From Dehalococcoidia bacterium (lineage in GTDB: Bacteria; Chloroflexota; Dehalococcoidia; GIF9; UBA5629): a DNA stretch of 64,000 nucleotides. Positions 10,292-19,440 of the stretch are shown in pieces (the first letter of the stretch is position 1; every line of letters starts with the position of its first letter). The DNA lies in the NCBI GenBank assembly GCA_050011565.1, contig JBEKIW010000001.1, forward strand, positions 416,001 through 480,000. The letters run 5' to 3'. The translations under genes were made by a program, and so were the position numbers. Below the pieces are notes generated by a model, which worked only from the letters and a program-made list of their open reading frames with translations, was not told where the DNA came from and made no database searches.

Positions 10292-10498
10292 ATGTCAATC
10301 GCACGTGTCACTGAAATCAAAGCGTCTTCCACAAAGAGTTTCGACGATGCCATCAAGTTAGGCATTGCTCGCGCCCAAAAAACTCTTACGCATGTACAAT
10401 CTGCATGGATCGAGAATCAGGAAATTCTACTTAATGGCAAAGGACTAATCGCTGAGTACCGGGTCCAGATGAAAGTAACGTTTATTCTGGAAGAGTAA
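10292..10498 (+). CDS. dodecin family protein, copy 1
   Basis: VTEIKASSTKSFDDAI...A...EYRVQMKVTFIL dodecin pattern; AAAGGAG RBS. Confidence 0.9.
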   Translation: MSIARVTEIKASSTKSFDDAIKLGIARAQKTLTHVQSAWIENQEILLNGKGLIAEYRVQMKVTFILEE

Positions 10499-10584
10499 AT
10501 TAAGAAGTTTTAGACAACTGTTAACAATACACAGATTAAGGACGTGTCGATTTCGCAGGCAACACATTTTAGGAGGTACATACA

Positions 10585-11511
10585 TTGAAAAGGTTTATTT
10601 TTCTTTCTCTATCACTACTACTACTAATTCTCATACCGGGTTGTATTACAGTTCCAGCCCCGGCACCAAATCCTACCCCACCAGTAGGAACGCCACCGTT
10701 TATCATAGAATTTAGCAGTAATCCATATACCATTAATGCCGGTGATACGTCAATCTTGTTTTGGAATGTTACCGGGGCTACATCGGTGAGCATAGATCAG
10801 AGTATAGGTCGGGTAGATTTTACGGGAATCAAGGTAGTGTCACCGGCTATATCCACTGTTTATACTATAAGTGCCACCAACTCTGCTGGGACCATCACCA
10901 GATCAGCGGTGACTATTGTCAACTCAGCACCACCCCCTGCGCCTATACCGTTGACTGGTATCACCGTGGGTGTTATGCCAGGTGAAAGTGGGTCAATGGT
11001 CAAGAGCGGTAGGACCTATACCAGGTTGCCTGCTATCTGTGTTGGGGACAATGGAGGCGACCTTGCCAGCCGCGCTTTCTTAAGCTTCGACATTTCGTGG
11101 CTCCCCAGCAATGCATTGATAGACGAGGTGGTCCTGTCCCTAGGCGGGTATACGTCAACCGGTTTACCGACATATACGGATCCAGTCTACGGCCCCCGGT
11201 ACGGCAACCTTGGAGCGCTGGAGATTTACAGGTACCAGTATGGTACATATGAAGGTCTCGATACATTAGCCTATAACGGACAGGGGGAGCTGGTGGCCTC
11301 GGGTAAAATAACCAACTATCCGCTCGCGGTCTGGAACTTAGAAATCAAGGATCCTGCTAGCGGAAAGTCCAGTGTCCAGGGGTTAGTCATAGCCGGGCAG
11401 CCCAGGTTCCAGTTGAGGATTCAATTTTTCACGTCCACTAACTGGAATGGTGTGGCAGACACGCTGTGCTTTGACAAAGCCACGTTGACGGTTAGATACC
11501 ATTTGCCCTGA
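10585..11511 (+). CDS. lipoprotein, paralog 2: constant domain plus unrelated beta-rich C-terminal domain (DNRLRE/CBM96-like, tentative)
   Basis: Lipobox LIPGC; shared N-domain; C-terminus has VGD...RAFLSFDIS.LP..A.I..V.L.L and a terminal LTVRY pattern. Confidence 0.78.
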   Translation: MKRFIFLSLSLLLLILIPGCITVPAPAPNPTPPVGTPPFIIEFSSNPYTINAGDTSILFWNVTGATSVSIDQSIGRVDFTGIKVVSPAISTVYTISATNSAGTITRSAVTIVNSAPPPAPIPLTGITVGVMPGESGSMVKSGRTYTRLPAICVGDNGGDLASRAFLSFDISWLPSNALIDEVVLSLGGYTSTGLPTYTDPVYGPRYGNLGALEIYRYQYGTYEGLDTLAYNGQGELVASGKITNYPLAVWNLEIKDPASGKSSVQGLVIAGQPRFQLRIQFFTSTNWNGVADTLCFDKATLTVRYHLP

Positions 11512-11590
11512 AGACCTATCCTGCGTTCAGCCAGTATGCAGGATTTAAGTTCTTCTTTTTGTAACGCCAATGTATAGAAGTAAACCAGGG

Positions 11591-11624
11591 TTTCAGGACG
11601 CCGGGTTTGCCCGACGTCCTGAAA
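11591..11624. terminator. stem-loop after paralog 2
   Basis: TTTCAGGACGCCGGG-TTTG-CCCGACGTCCTGAAA near-perfect inverted repeat. Confidence 0.55.
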
Positions 11625-11688
11625 CTATTGTCTTTAAGAGTAAGTACGTGTCGATGTCGCAGACAACATATTTTAGGAGGTACATACA

Positions 11689-12330
11689 TTGAAAAGATTA
11701 GTTTTTCTTTCTCTATCACTACTACTAATGATTCTCATCCCGGGTTGTATTACAGTTCCAGCGGCAGGAACGCCACCGGTTATCATAGAATTTAGCAATA
11801 ATCCATCTACCATTAATGACGGTGGCACGTCAACTCTGTTGTGGAATGTTACTGGAGCTAACTCGGTGAGTATAGACCAGGGTATAGGTCAGGTTAATGT
11901 TGCGGGGACCAGGGTAGTATCACCGACTACATCCACTGTTTATACTATAAGTGCTACCAACTCTTCTGGTACCGTTACAAGATCAGCGGTGACTATTGTC
12001 AACTCAGCATCACCGCCACCCCCTGCTTCGACCTCATTTGCGGTGACGGGCATCATAGCCAATACTGAGCCATCAAACTCCACCGGTTGTTTCACCCTTT
12101 ACGCTAATATCACTGCCAATGGACCCGGCACAGCTAGTTACATCTGGGAATCAACCGATGGCGGCGGATATAGTTATACCTGGAATATCACATTTCCCAC
12201 GGCCGGTATACAAAAAATAACATTACCGGTGGAAATGAGTGCATTGCCTTCCGGTCTGTATAGAGTCCACGTTTTGACTCCCAATGATGTTGTATCGAAT
12301 TCGACATATTACACAACCTGTGCGCCCTAA
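11689..12330 (+). CDS. lipoprotein, paralog 3: constant domain plus one Ig-like domain related to those of paralog 1
   Basis: Lipobox LIPGC; FAVTGIIANT...ITANGPGT...RVHVLTPND. Confidence 0.8.
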   Translation: MKRLVFLSLSLLLMILIPGCITVPAAGTPPVIIEFSNNPSTINDGGTSTLLWNVTGANSVSIDQGIGQVNVAGTRVVSPTTSTVYTISATNSSGTVTRSAVTIVNSASPPPPASTSFAVTGIIANTEPSNSTGCFTLYANITANGPGTASYIWESTDGGGYSYTWNITFPTAGIQKITLPVEMSALPSGLYRVHVLTPNDVVSNSTYYTTCAP

Positions 12331-12411
12331 TATCGTAACTGGTGGCAGGCCATAAAATAGTATCTAGCTTAATCGCAATCAATAATAAAGAATAGAAAGG
12401 AGAATTCACAA

Positions 12412-12618
12412 ATGTCAATCGCACGTGTCACTGAAATCAAAGCGTCTTCCACAAAGAGTTTCGACGATGCCATCAAGTTAGGCATTGCTCGCGCCCAAAA
12501 AACTCTTACGCATGTACAATCTGCATGGATCGAGAATCAGGAAGTTCTACTTAATGGCAAAGGACTAATCGCTGAGTACCGGGTCCAGATGAAAGTAACG
12601 TTTATTCTGGAAGAGTAA
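12412..12618 (+). CDS. dodecin family protein, copy 2
   Basis: Identical to copy 1 except one substitution (I to V). Confidence 0.9.
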   Translation: MSIARVTEIKASSTKSFDDAIKLGIARAQKTLTHVQSAWIENQEVLLNGKGLIAEYRVQMKVTFILEE

Positions 12619-12715
12619 ATAACGTAAAAATAATTAGAGTGCTCTATAGTTGCTCTTCTTGCCACTACTAAAATAGCTGTGGTTTTAAATGTAAGCGATA
12701 AAAAGGGGGGTAGTT

Positions 12716-12874
12716 ATGGATATCTTATTAATTATTGGTATTATTCTCTTAGTCTTGTGGTTGTTGGGTTTATTCACTCTCCCCTCTTTGGGCGGGCTGA
12801 TCTATATAGCACTTGTTATTGGAGTTATTTTCATTATTATCTGGCTGCTACGAAGAGTATTCAGACTTTTTTAA
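12716..12874 (+). CDS. small membrane protein, lmo0937/DUF5670-like (52 aa), copy 1
   Basis: MDILLIIGIILLVLWLLGLFTLPSLGGLIYIALVIGVIFIIIWLLRRVFRLF; AAGGGGGG RBS; paralog at 19282. Confidence 0.8.
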   Translation: MDILLIIGIILLVLWLLGLFTLPSLGGLIYIALVIGVIFIIIWLLRRVFRLF

Positions 12875-12962
12875 CCCAGTCCAGCCTTTGTGTAGGTTAC
12901 CTTAAACAAACAGCCTTAGATTGGTGATTGAAAAATTGAAAGGCAAGGGTCATAATTAACCC

Positions 12963-14435
12963 ATGTCAACTCCTCCTAGTGGAAGTGGAAAAGGTATCCT
13001 GGAGCGGATAGCCCGTCGGGTTATGCAAGAACGTGGTTTTCTGCCCGATTTTTCAAGGGCTGCCCTCAATGAACTTGAAAAGATTCAGCAGATTGATTGG
13101 GGGGTGGAAGCTCATAGGAAGGACTTGCGCCACCTGCCCTGGGCATCGATCGATAACGACGATTCCCTTGACCTGGACCAGCTAACGGTGGCAGATGCCC
13201 TGCCGGATAATGCGGTGAGGATCCGCGTGACAGTCGCTGACGTAGACATACTGGTAAAAAGGGACACGGCCATCGATGAGCACGCCCACCAGAACACGAC
13301 TTCGATCTATACGGCCGGTAAGACTTTCCCCATGCTCCCGGAGAGGCTGTCTAGCGGTCTCACCTCCCTCAATTTTCAGGAAGACCGCCCGGCCATCGTG
13401 ATCGACATGGTGATCGACGACGCTGGTGAGTTTCAAAACCCGGATATATACCTTGCCACGGTGCATAACTATGCCAAGCTGGCCTACAGAAGCGTGGGGG
13501 CCTGGCTGGACGGCACAGGGCCTATTCCGGACGCTATTACAGCTGTCCCCGCTCTTGCCGATAATCTCCTAATGCAGGACCGGGTGGCCCAGAAGTTGAA
13601 GGCCAAGAGGCATGAACATGGCGCCCTGAACTTGCAGACACTGGAAGCCCGCCCGGTCTTTGCGGGAGACGTGATCAATGACCTGCAGGTGGAGGTAAAG
13701 AACAGAGCCACGGAGCTGATCGAGGATTTCATGATAGCGGCAAACGACGTGACAGCGCGTTTTCTTCGCGATAAGCAGGTACCCTCATTGAGACGTGTAG
13801 TCCGCACGCCCAAGCGGTGGGACAGGATCGTGGAGATCGCCGCCCAATATAATTACCAGCTTCCCGCAGAACCCGATTCAAAGGCGCTTTCGATCTTTCT
13901 GAGCGCACAGAAAGCAGCCAACCCGGTGGCTTTTCCTGACCTTTCCCTCTCCGTTATCAAGCTGCTCGGCTCGGGTGAATACGTCGTCGAGCTCCCAAAC
14001 GAGACTGCGCCAGGCCACTTCGGCCTCGCCGTCCAGGACTACACACACTCTACGGCCCCCAACCGCCGGTTCCCTGACCTGATCACCCAGCGCATCCTTA
14101 AGGCTACCCTGGCAGGGTCACCCATACCATACAAACAGGACGAGTTGGTGGAGCTGGCTACACATTGTACGCAGAAAGAAGATGATGCCAACAAGGTGGA
14201 ACGGCTGGTTGCCAAATCGGCTGCGGCCATGCTCCTCTCTTCAAGAATAGGAGACCAGTTTGATGCAATCTGCACCGGTGCTGCAGACAAAGGGACATGG
14301 GTGAGAATCTTCAACCCACCCGTTGAAGGACGGCTGCTCAGAGGCTTTCAGGGCATCGACGTCGGCACCCGGTTGAAAGTGCAGTTGATCCACACCGATG
14401 TGGAGAAAGGTTTTATCGATTTTAAGAAGGCCTGA
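12963..14435 (+). CDS. RNB-domain (RNase II/R family) exoribonuclease, short form
   Basis: SIDNDDSLDLDQ catalytic motif, LIEDFMIAAN, HFGL...YTHSTAPNRRFPDL, C-terminal S1-like domain. Confidence 0.9.
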   Translation: MSTPPSGSGKGILERIARRVMQERGFLPDFSRAALNELEKIQQIDWGVEAHRKDLRHLPWASIDNDDSLDLDQLTVADALPDNAVRIRVTVADVDILVKRDTAIDEHAHQNTTSIYTAGKTFPMLPERLSSGLTSLNFQEDRPAIVIDMVIDDAGEFQNPDIYLATVHNYAKLAYRSVGAWLDGTGPIPDAITAVPALADNLLMQDRVAQKLKAKRHEHGALNLQTLEARPVFAGDVINDLQVEVKNRATELIEDFMIAANDVTARFLRDKQVPSLRRVVRTPKRWDRIVEIAAQYNYQLPAEPDSKALSIFLSAQKAANPVAFPDLSLSVIKLLGSGEYVVELPNETAPGHFGLAVQDYTHSTAPNRRFPDLITQRILKATLAGSPIPYKQDELVELATHCTQKEDDANKVERLVAKSAAAMLLSSRIGDQFDAICTGAADKGTWVRIFNPPVEGRLLRGFQGIDVGTRLKVQLIHTDVEKGFIDFKKA

Positions 14436-14452
14436 CACGCGGCATTGGTAAA

Positions 14453-15418
14453 ATGAAAATCAAATCGTATTTGATCACTTCTGGGAGGCTGCAGGAACGA
14501 CCCGCCACTGATGGTCTGCCGAAGATAGACCCCGGGCAAACGGCGGAGACCTGGTATGATATCGAAGATGCAGAACCGGATGAATTGAGGCGGTTTCTTT
14601 CAACTCTCGAGCTTCACCCTCTCATGCTAAACCGCTGTCTGGACAAGGCCAATACACCGGGTGTCATATCTTTCGGTGAAGCTGTTCTGCTGGAATACCC
14701 GGTTGCTTTGGATCTGGCTGCTGCAGACCCATCCTACTTGGCCATCGTCCTTCGACACCCGGTGCTGATAACGCTGCGGCCCGGCACGATGCCCGCTCTT
14801 AATGACCTGATACGAAACTTCATATTGGAACAAGTGTCGGGTTTGGACAACCTTGTGCAGCTTGTTTACTTGATCCTCGATGAACTTACGGATCTGACAG
14901 TGCAGGCGGAGACAGATATCCGTGATAAGATCATGCTCACGCACAGGACCATTGCCGATAACCCGGGCAGCGTGAAAGAAAGGGACCTTACCACGCTTCG
15001 CTGGGATGTGGAAAAATTGGTCTCTCTGATCGAAAACCAGCTCTACTGCGTCACCGGCCTGAATGCCTCCGACAATGCCGCTCTCCAGGAGCCGCACCGC
15101 AGAGCTTATATTCAAGACCTTGTGTCTGAGGTGGAGATTGCCCAACGTGGCATTTACCGTCTTGAAACCCGGGTGAAAGACCTCTTCGATTCCTACCAGA
15201 TAGCGGGCAGCACCCGCATGGAAAAGCGGTTGCGCACACTGACGATTGTCTCTACGATCACATTGCCCTTTGGGCTCATTGCCGGCCTGCTGGGGATGAA
15301 CGTCGGCGGATTGCCTGGAACGCAGGATCACTACGGATTCATAATCGTGATAATCCTGATGGTTGCTATTGCTGCTGCGGAGCTATGGTATTTCAAGCGT
15401 AAAGGCTGGTTTGATTGA
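14453..15418 (+). CDS. CorA/ZntB-family divalent cation transporter
   Basis: GMN signature (LLGMNVGG) between two C-terminal TM helices; FKRKGWF tail. Confidence 0.9.
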   Translation: MKIKSYLITSGRLQERPATDGLPKIDPGQTAETWYDIEDAEPDELRRFLSTLELHPLMLNRCLDKANTPGVISFGEAVLLEYPVALDLAAADPSYLAIVLRHPVLITLRPGTMPALNDLIRNFILEQVSGLDNLVQLVYLILDELTDLTVQAETDIRDKIMLTHRTIADNPGSVKERDLTTLRWDVEKLVSLIENQLYCVTGLNASDNAALQEPHRRAYIQDLVSEVEIAQRGIYRLETRVKDLFDSYQIAGSTRMEKRLRTLTIVSTITLPFGLIAGLLGMNVGGLPGTQDHYGFIIVIILMVAIAAAELWYFKRKGWFD

Positions 15419-15447
15419 TAGATATATGCCGCCTGTAAGAAATTATT

Positions 15448-15616
15448 CCTAACGAGTGTATTTCCCCAAAAGACTTAGACCAGAGCCTGCTCCTTCGTTA
15501 AAAATATCATAACTATTTAACTTTATGCCTTCTTATTATATTACTAATCCATATCTCGAATGATAAGATTTTCGTAATTGCTATTAGCGACTGACACGTC
15601 TCAATAACAGGCAGCA
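15448..15616 (+). repeat. ~170-bp upstream/promoter block, copy C
   Basis: Matches copies A and B. Confidence 0.9.
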
Positions 15617-15718
15617 ATCAATAAGAAAATGTTATAAGAAGTTTATGGCAACTGTTAGCAATACGAAGATTAAGGACGTGTCGATGTCGCAGGCAACATA
15701 TTTTTGGAGGTGACTACA

Positions 15719-16330
15719 TTGAAAAGGTTTGTTTTTCTTTCTCTATCACTACTACTACTACTGATTCTTATCCCAAGTTGTATTACAGTTCCAGCCCCGT
15801 CACCAAATCCTATCCCACCGGTAGGAACGCCACCGGTTATCATGGAATTTAGCAGTAATCCATCTACCATTAATGCCGGTGGCACGTCAACTCTGTTGTG
15901 GAATGTTACCGGGGCTACATCGGTGAGTATAGACCAGGGTATAGGTCAGGTTAATGTTGCGGGGACCAGGGTGCTATCACCGACTAAATCCACTGCGTAT
16001 ACTATAAGTGCCACCAACTCTGCTGGTACCGTTATCAGATCATCGGCGATTATTATCGTCTCAGCGCCAGCGCCAGCGCCACCGCCACAAACTACACCTA
16101 GTAATCCTGTTATCAATTTCACCGCCAGCTATGGCGGAGGTACTTCGTGGCAACTTAACTGGAATGTATCAAACGCCACACAGATAGTCATCCAGCCTGA
16201 TATAGGTCCTGTTAACCCAACAGGTAGCACAGTGGTCACAGTACCCTCAGGACAAACTAAATTGTACAGGTTGGAGGCAGTAAACGACTGGGGATGGGCC
16301 TATTGGGAAGTCGTTATGGCATCCCCTTAA
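15719..16330 (+). CDS. lipoprotein, paralog 4: constant domain plus a divergent second copy of the same Ig-like fold
   Basis: TTG start after GGAGGT; lipobox LIPSC; C-terminus PVINFTA...LNWNVSNATQIVIQPDIGPV...YRLEAVN. Confidence 0.8.
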   Translation: MKRFVFLSLSLLLLLILIPSCITVPAPSPNPIPPVGTPPVIMEFSSNPSTINAGGTSTLLWNVTGATSVSIDQGIGQVNVAGTRVLSPTKSTAYTISATNSAGTVIRSSAIIIVSAPAPAPPPQTTPSNPVINFTASYGGGTSWQLNWNVSNATQIVIQPDIGPVNPTGSTVVTVPSGQTKLYRLEAVNDWGWAYWEVVMASP

Positions 16331-16419
16331 ATTCCAGTCATATATATTTCGTAGTCTGAACGGCAGCTCAAGCTACGGTCCGCGCAGCTACAGCACAAGA
16401 TAAGTAATGCAGTAGATGA

Positions 16420-16476
16420 CTTGACCCCGAGGACATATGCAGGCCCGAACGGGGCTTACGTATGTCCCCGGTCAAG
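16420..16476. terminator. long imperfect hairpin between convergent genes
   Basis: CTTGACC..GGACATATGCAGGCCC / GGGGCTTACGTATGTCCCCGGTCAAG. Confidence 0.5.
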
Positions 16477-16487
16477 CTTAATTTCTC

Positions 16488-16922
16488 TTAATCACTTCCA
16501 AAGGGGGTCTTCTTTATGGTCAAAAGCACCCGGTATTCTTCGCTTGATATCTTCTTGCCTAACTCCGGGTATGGCTGTACGTGTGAGGTGAACTCATATT
16601 TCTTGTAAATGATCTTGCCGTACTGGTCACTCAAACCCGGTTCGGTCAGCACTATTTTCGCTGAATCACTGCTATCGCTAACCTGCAAGACACAGCTCAC
16701 TCTACCTTGCCAGATACAGGTCGCACCCCTGGGACACCGGCTGTCCTCTTGGATTCCCTCAAACTTTATAGTAAGTTGTTCCTCTTGTAACTCGGCGGTT
16801 TGGCCTATGGCCAGGGAGAACTCATCATTGAGAGAGACTTTGATCGTACCTTCACTACTCTGACAACCGGATAAAATGGTCAATATAACCACTGAGATGA
16901 GAAACAGAGTATGTTTAAACAT
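16488..16922 (-). CDS. lipoprotein of unknown function
   Basis: Lipobox LSGC; conserved-looking EDSRCPxGxxCIWQG motif. Confidence 0.75.
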   Translation of the reverse strand: MFKHTLFLISVVILTILSGCQSSEGTIKVSLNDEFSLAIGQTAELQEEQLTIKFEGIQEDSRCPRGATCIWQGRVSCVLQVSDSSDSAKIVLTEPGLSDQYGKIIYKKYEFTSHVQPYPELGKKISSEEYRVLLTIKKTPFGSD

Positions 16923-16948
16923 TCATTTGACCCAACCCTTTTGAATTC

Positions 16949-17869
16949 TCATTTGACAGCCAGCGTGCTTCTCAATAAGATCCCATTGGCCCAATACAGG
17001 CCTGTCAGGCCATCAGGCAGAAAATCGTATGTCGCATCGCCATGGTAGGTCACATACTCCGCCGTGATCACCAAAGCGCCATCCAGGATGGCGCCCGTCT
17101 GGTAATCGCCCAGCGCCCGTCCCTGAGCTGATGGGTGGCCCGGCGAAGCGGACACGGTGCGCCCGTCGCTCAGACTGATCCTTAACATCTGGAAGGATGG
17201 CGGAACAGGGGTCACTACGGTTTCCAGCACCGCGGTCGGAACACGTTCTCCGGAATTGTCCACTGTCCATACAGTTGTCCCCTTGTGCAGCCGTTCTACC
17301 GGCAGCGGCCCACCCGGTGTATCTATGAGAGTACCCACTGCCAGGCAAATCGGACGCGTGTTGAAGCTTGGTTCCCGTTTCAGTACGGTAATCTTACCGG
17401 ACGGCGTGATGGTCCCCTCGATGCGCTCCCCCTGGGTTTCTCCCACTCGCATAACGAAGTGGTAAACATCTCCTGAAGCGGCGATCTCTACCGCGAGGGT
17501 GAGTTTCTTGTGCTCCCGGTAGATGAGCAGTTTCTCCTCGTTGGTGTACTCGGCTTGATTCGGCAAGCCGAGGTGTTTCAGGATCGCAGAGAACTCGGTG
17601 CCATTTGATTTGATGATGGGGAATTGTTGCAGGGCGTTCTTTTCTTCTTGTCCCTCTCGCGCAACCGGATAGAAATCCGGGTCGACGTAAAAAACGTCAT
17701 CGAAATTAGCGATCAGAAGGTATTTTAGCTCGGGCAGCGAGTAGGTGACTGTCGGCGTTGGAGCCGGCGCGGATTGTTGCGCGCAGGCGCCGGAGAACAT
17801 GGTCAATATGCTTAAGAGTGCGATACCAATGAATAATCCCGATTTAACCATAACCCATTTCCCAAACAT
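16949..17869 (-). CDS. lipoprotein with C-terminal Hint (Hedgehog/intein-like) domain
   Basis: Lipobox SGAC; CLAVGTLIDTPGG (block A), SASPGHP (block B), TYDF...YWANGILLRS (blocks F/G). Confidence 0.82.
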   Translation of the reverse strand: MFGKWVMVKSGLFIGIALLSILTMFSGACAQQSAPAPTPTVTYSLPELKYLLIANFDDVFYVDPDFYPVAREGQEEKNALQQFPIIKSNGTEFSAILKHLGLPNQAEYTNEEKLLIYREHKKLTLAVEIAASGDVYHFVMRVGETQGERIEGTITPSGKITVLKREPSFNTRPICLAVGTLIDTPGGPLPVERLHKGTTVWTVDNSGERVPTAVLETVVTPVPPSFQMLRISLSDGRTVSASPGHPSAQGRALGDYQTGAILDGALVITAEYVTYHGDATYDFLPDGLTGLYWANGILLRSTLAVK

Positions 17870-18115
17870 AATACCCTGTGCTGCTCAAGCATAGTGCCGG
17901 TTAGGAAATATGTCAATGGTTTCTTCCATGCTGAAAAGCTACGCAACGTGAGTTACCCATTATTCGAAAACGTACTATAATCTAATCGTGATCCGCCGTG
18001 GGGGGTAGGTGCAAGAACTGATAGCGATTTATTGTATCCCCACACGGTTTACTGCAGCATGATTGGTTAATTCACTTTGAAGATGCTAATTTTAAATAGT
18101 GAATTGTTGATTGGA

Positions 18116-18664
18116 CTAGGCTTTTTTTGTTAAGGCATCCAGAGCTGCCCGTGCCACTAGAGGGACTTGTAACGATTGCCCCGTGTCCTCAAGTGCTAGT
18201 AAGACCGGCCTCAGTACAGTGCCAAGATTCCCCCTGTTCATATCGTGTAGTACATGATGGATACCCTCACATAGCCAGGATGAATTCGAATTCTTGACTA
18301 ATGCCTCTAGTAGCGGGACTATCGCCTTGCGTCCTATCCGAATTAATCCCTCAGCAGCCAACCAACGAACATCAAACATCTTATCTTCTAAGGCTTTTAG
18401 CAGCGCTTGGATTGAGGAAGGACTGCCGATCTGGCTCAGGGATTTAGCTGCTTCCCACCGTACCCAGCAGTTCTCATTCGACAGTGCTTTTATCAACGGA
18501 GCTATGGAACTCCCCCGGTAATCAACAAGCCGCTGACGTGCCTTCACACGTACTATCCCATCTTCACTCGCAAGATCGGCGATTAATGATGAGATAGTTG
18601 CTTTGGAGGCCTTGCTATTCGTGACTAAATTGGTCTTTGATGGATTATTATGTTTCTTGGTCAT
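18116..18664 (-). CDS. HEAT/PBS-lyase repeat protein
   Basis: Repeated VRxxAAxxLxxIG...IxxLxxAL units. Confidence 0.85.
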   Translation of the reverse strand: MTKKHNNPSKTNLVTNSKASKATISSLIADLASEDGIVRVKARQRLVDYRGSSIAPLIKALSNENCWVRWEAAKSLSQIGSPSSIQALLKALEDKMFDVRWLAAEGLIRIGRKAIVPLLEALVKNSNSSWLCEGIHHVLHDMNRGNLGTVLRPVLLALEDTGQSLQVPLVARAALDALTKKA

Positions 18665-19022
18665 AATTTTAGCTTACCTACTTGACATTATACATACTTG
18701 AAATAAATGCCACAATTAGAATGATTCCGATCATAGTTTCAAGGTGTTCCATTTTGTGGTTGATACCAAAAAGGCCTGAAGAGTAGCATTATTGGATGGC
18801 ATTATACATGTCAACCGCATCATAAAATCACTGCAGCTTAACAATAACTATTTATACCTTTCATCTCCAATCAAACACTTCAAAATAGTCTATTTCATCA
18901 ATCGACCACTGGGGAAACCGCCAAATATCATAAGTATTTAATATATCCCACCCCGATTATATAACTATTATATGTTTATGCTGCTATTATTTATCCTATA
19001 GTAATTATAGGAGGTAAATAGC

Positions 19023-19199
19023 ATGGGAGTAAGAGTTCAACTCGAATTATCAGACGAAGAGGACAGGATTGTGGAGGTTTACAGAATCGAACACAAGAAG
19101 AAAAACAACGAGGATGCTATCAAAGAAATTATAAGGCATTACAAGGGCCTAGAGGAGCACAAGGAAAAAAATAAAACGAGTTGGCTGAAAAATTTATAG
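19023..19199 (+). CDS. small ribbon-helix-helix-like protein (DUF2683-like, 58 aa)
   Basis: MGVRVQLELSDEEDRIVEVYRIEHKKKNNEDAIKEIIRHY...; AGGAGGT RBS. Confidence 0.6.
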   Translation: MGVRVQLELSDEEDRIVEVYRIEHKKKNNEDAIKEIIRHYKGLEEHKEKNKTSWLKNL

Positions 19200-19281
19200 T
19201 GAAATAAAAGCCATAAATGAAGACCAGGCCATCTAACAACGATTTCAACTTAAAAGTTTATTTATTAGAAAGGAGGACACC

Positions 19282-19440
19282 GTGAATATCTTATTAATTA
19301 TCGGCATTATTCTCTTAGTTTTGTGGTTGCTAGGTTTGTTGGCTCTCCCCTCTTTGGGCGGGCTGATCTATATAGCACTTGTTATTGGAATTATTCTCAT
19401 CATTATCTGGCTGCTACGAAGGGTATTTAGGCTTTTTTAA
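19282..19440 (+). CDS. small membrane protein, lmo0937/DUF5670-like, copy 2
   Basis: GTG start after AAAGGAGG; same length as and highly similar to 12716-12874. Confidence 0.8.
   Translation: MNILLIIGIILLVLWLLGLLALPSLGGLIYIALVIGIILIIIWLLRRVFRLF

Noticed and set aside
8816-16330. Diversity-generating retroelement or shufflon behind lipoprotein variation
   Set aside because: No reverse transcriptase, differences are not adenine-specific, all copies are in direct orientation with their own starts, and no adjacent invertase
8440-19260. Integron attC sites between cassette-like genes
   Set aside because: Isolated CTAAC motifs (near 8449 and 19234) lack a properly spaced complementary GTTRRRY and stem; the integrase lacks the IntI-specific insertion
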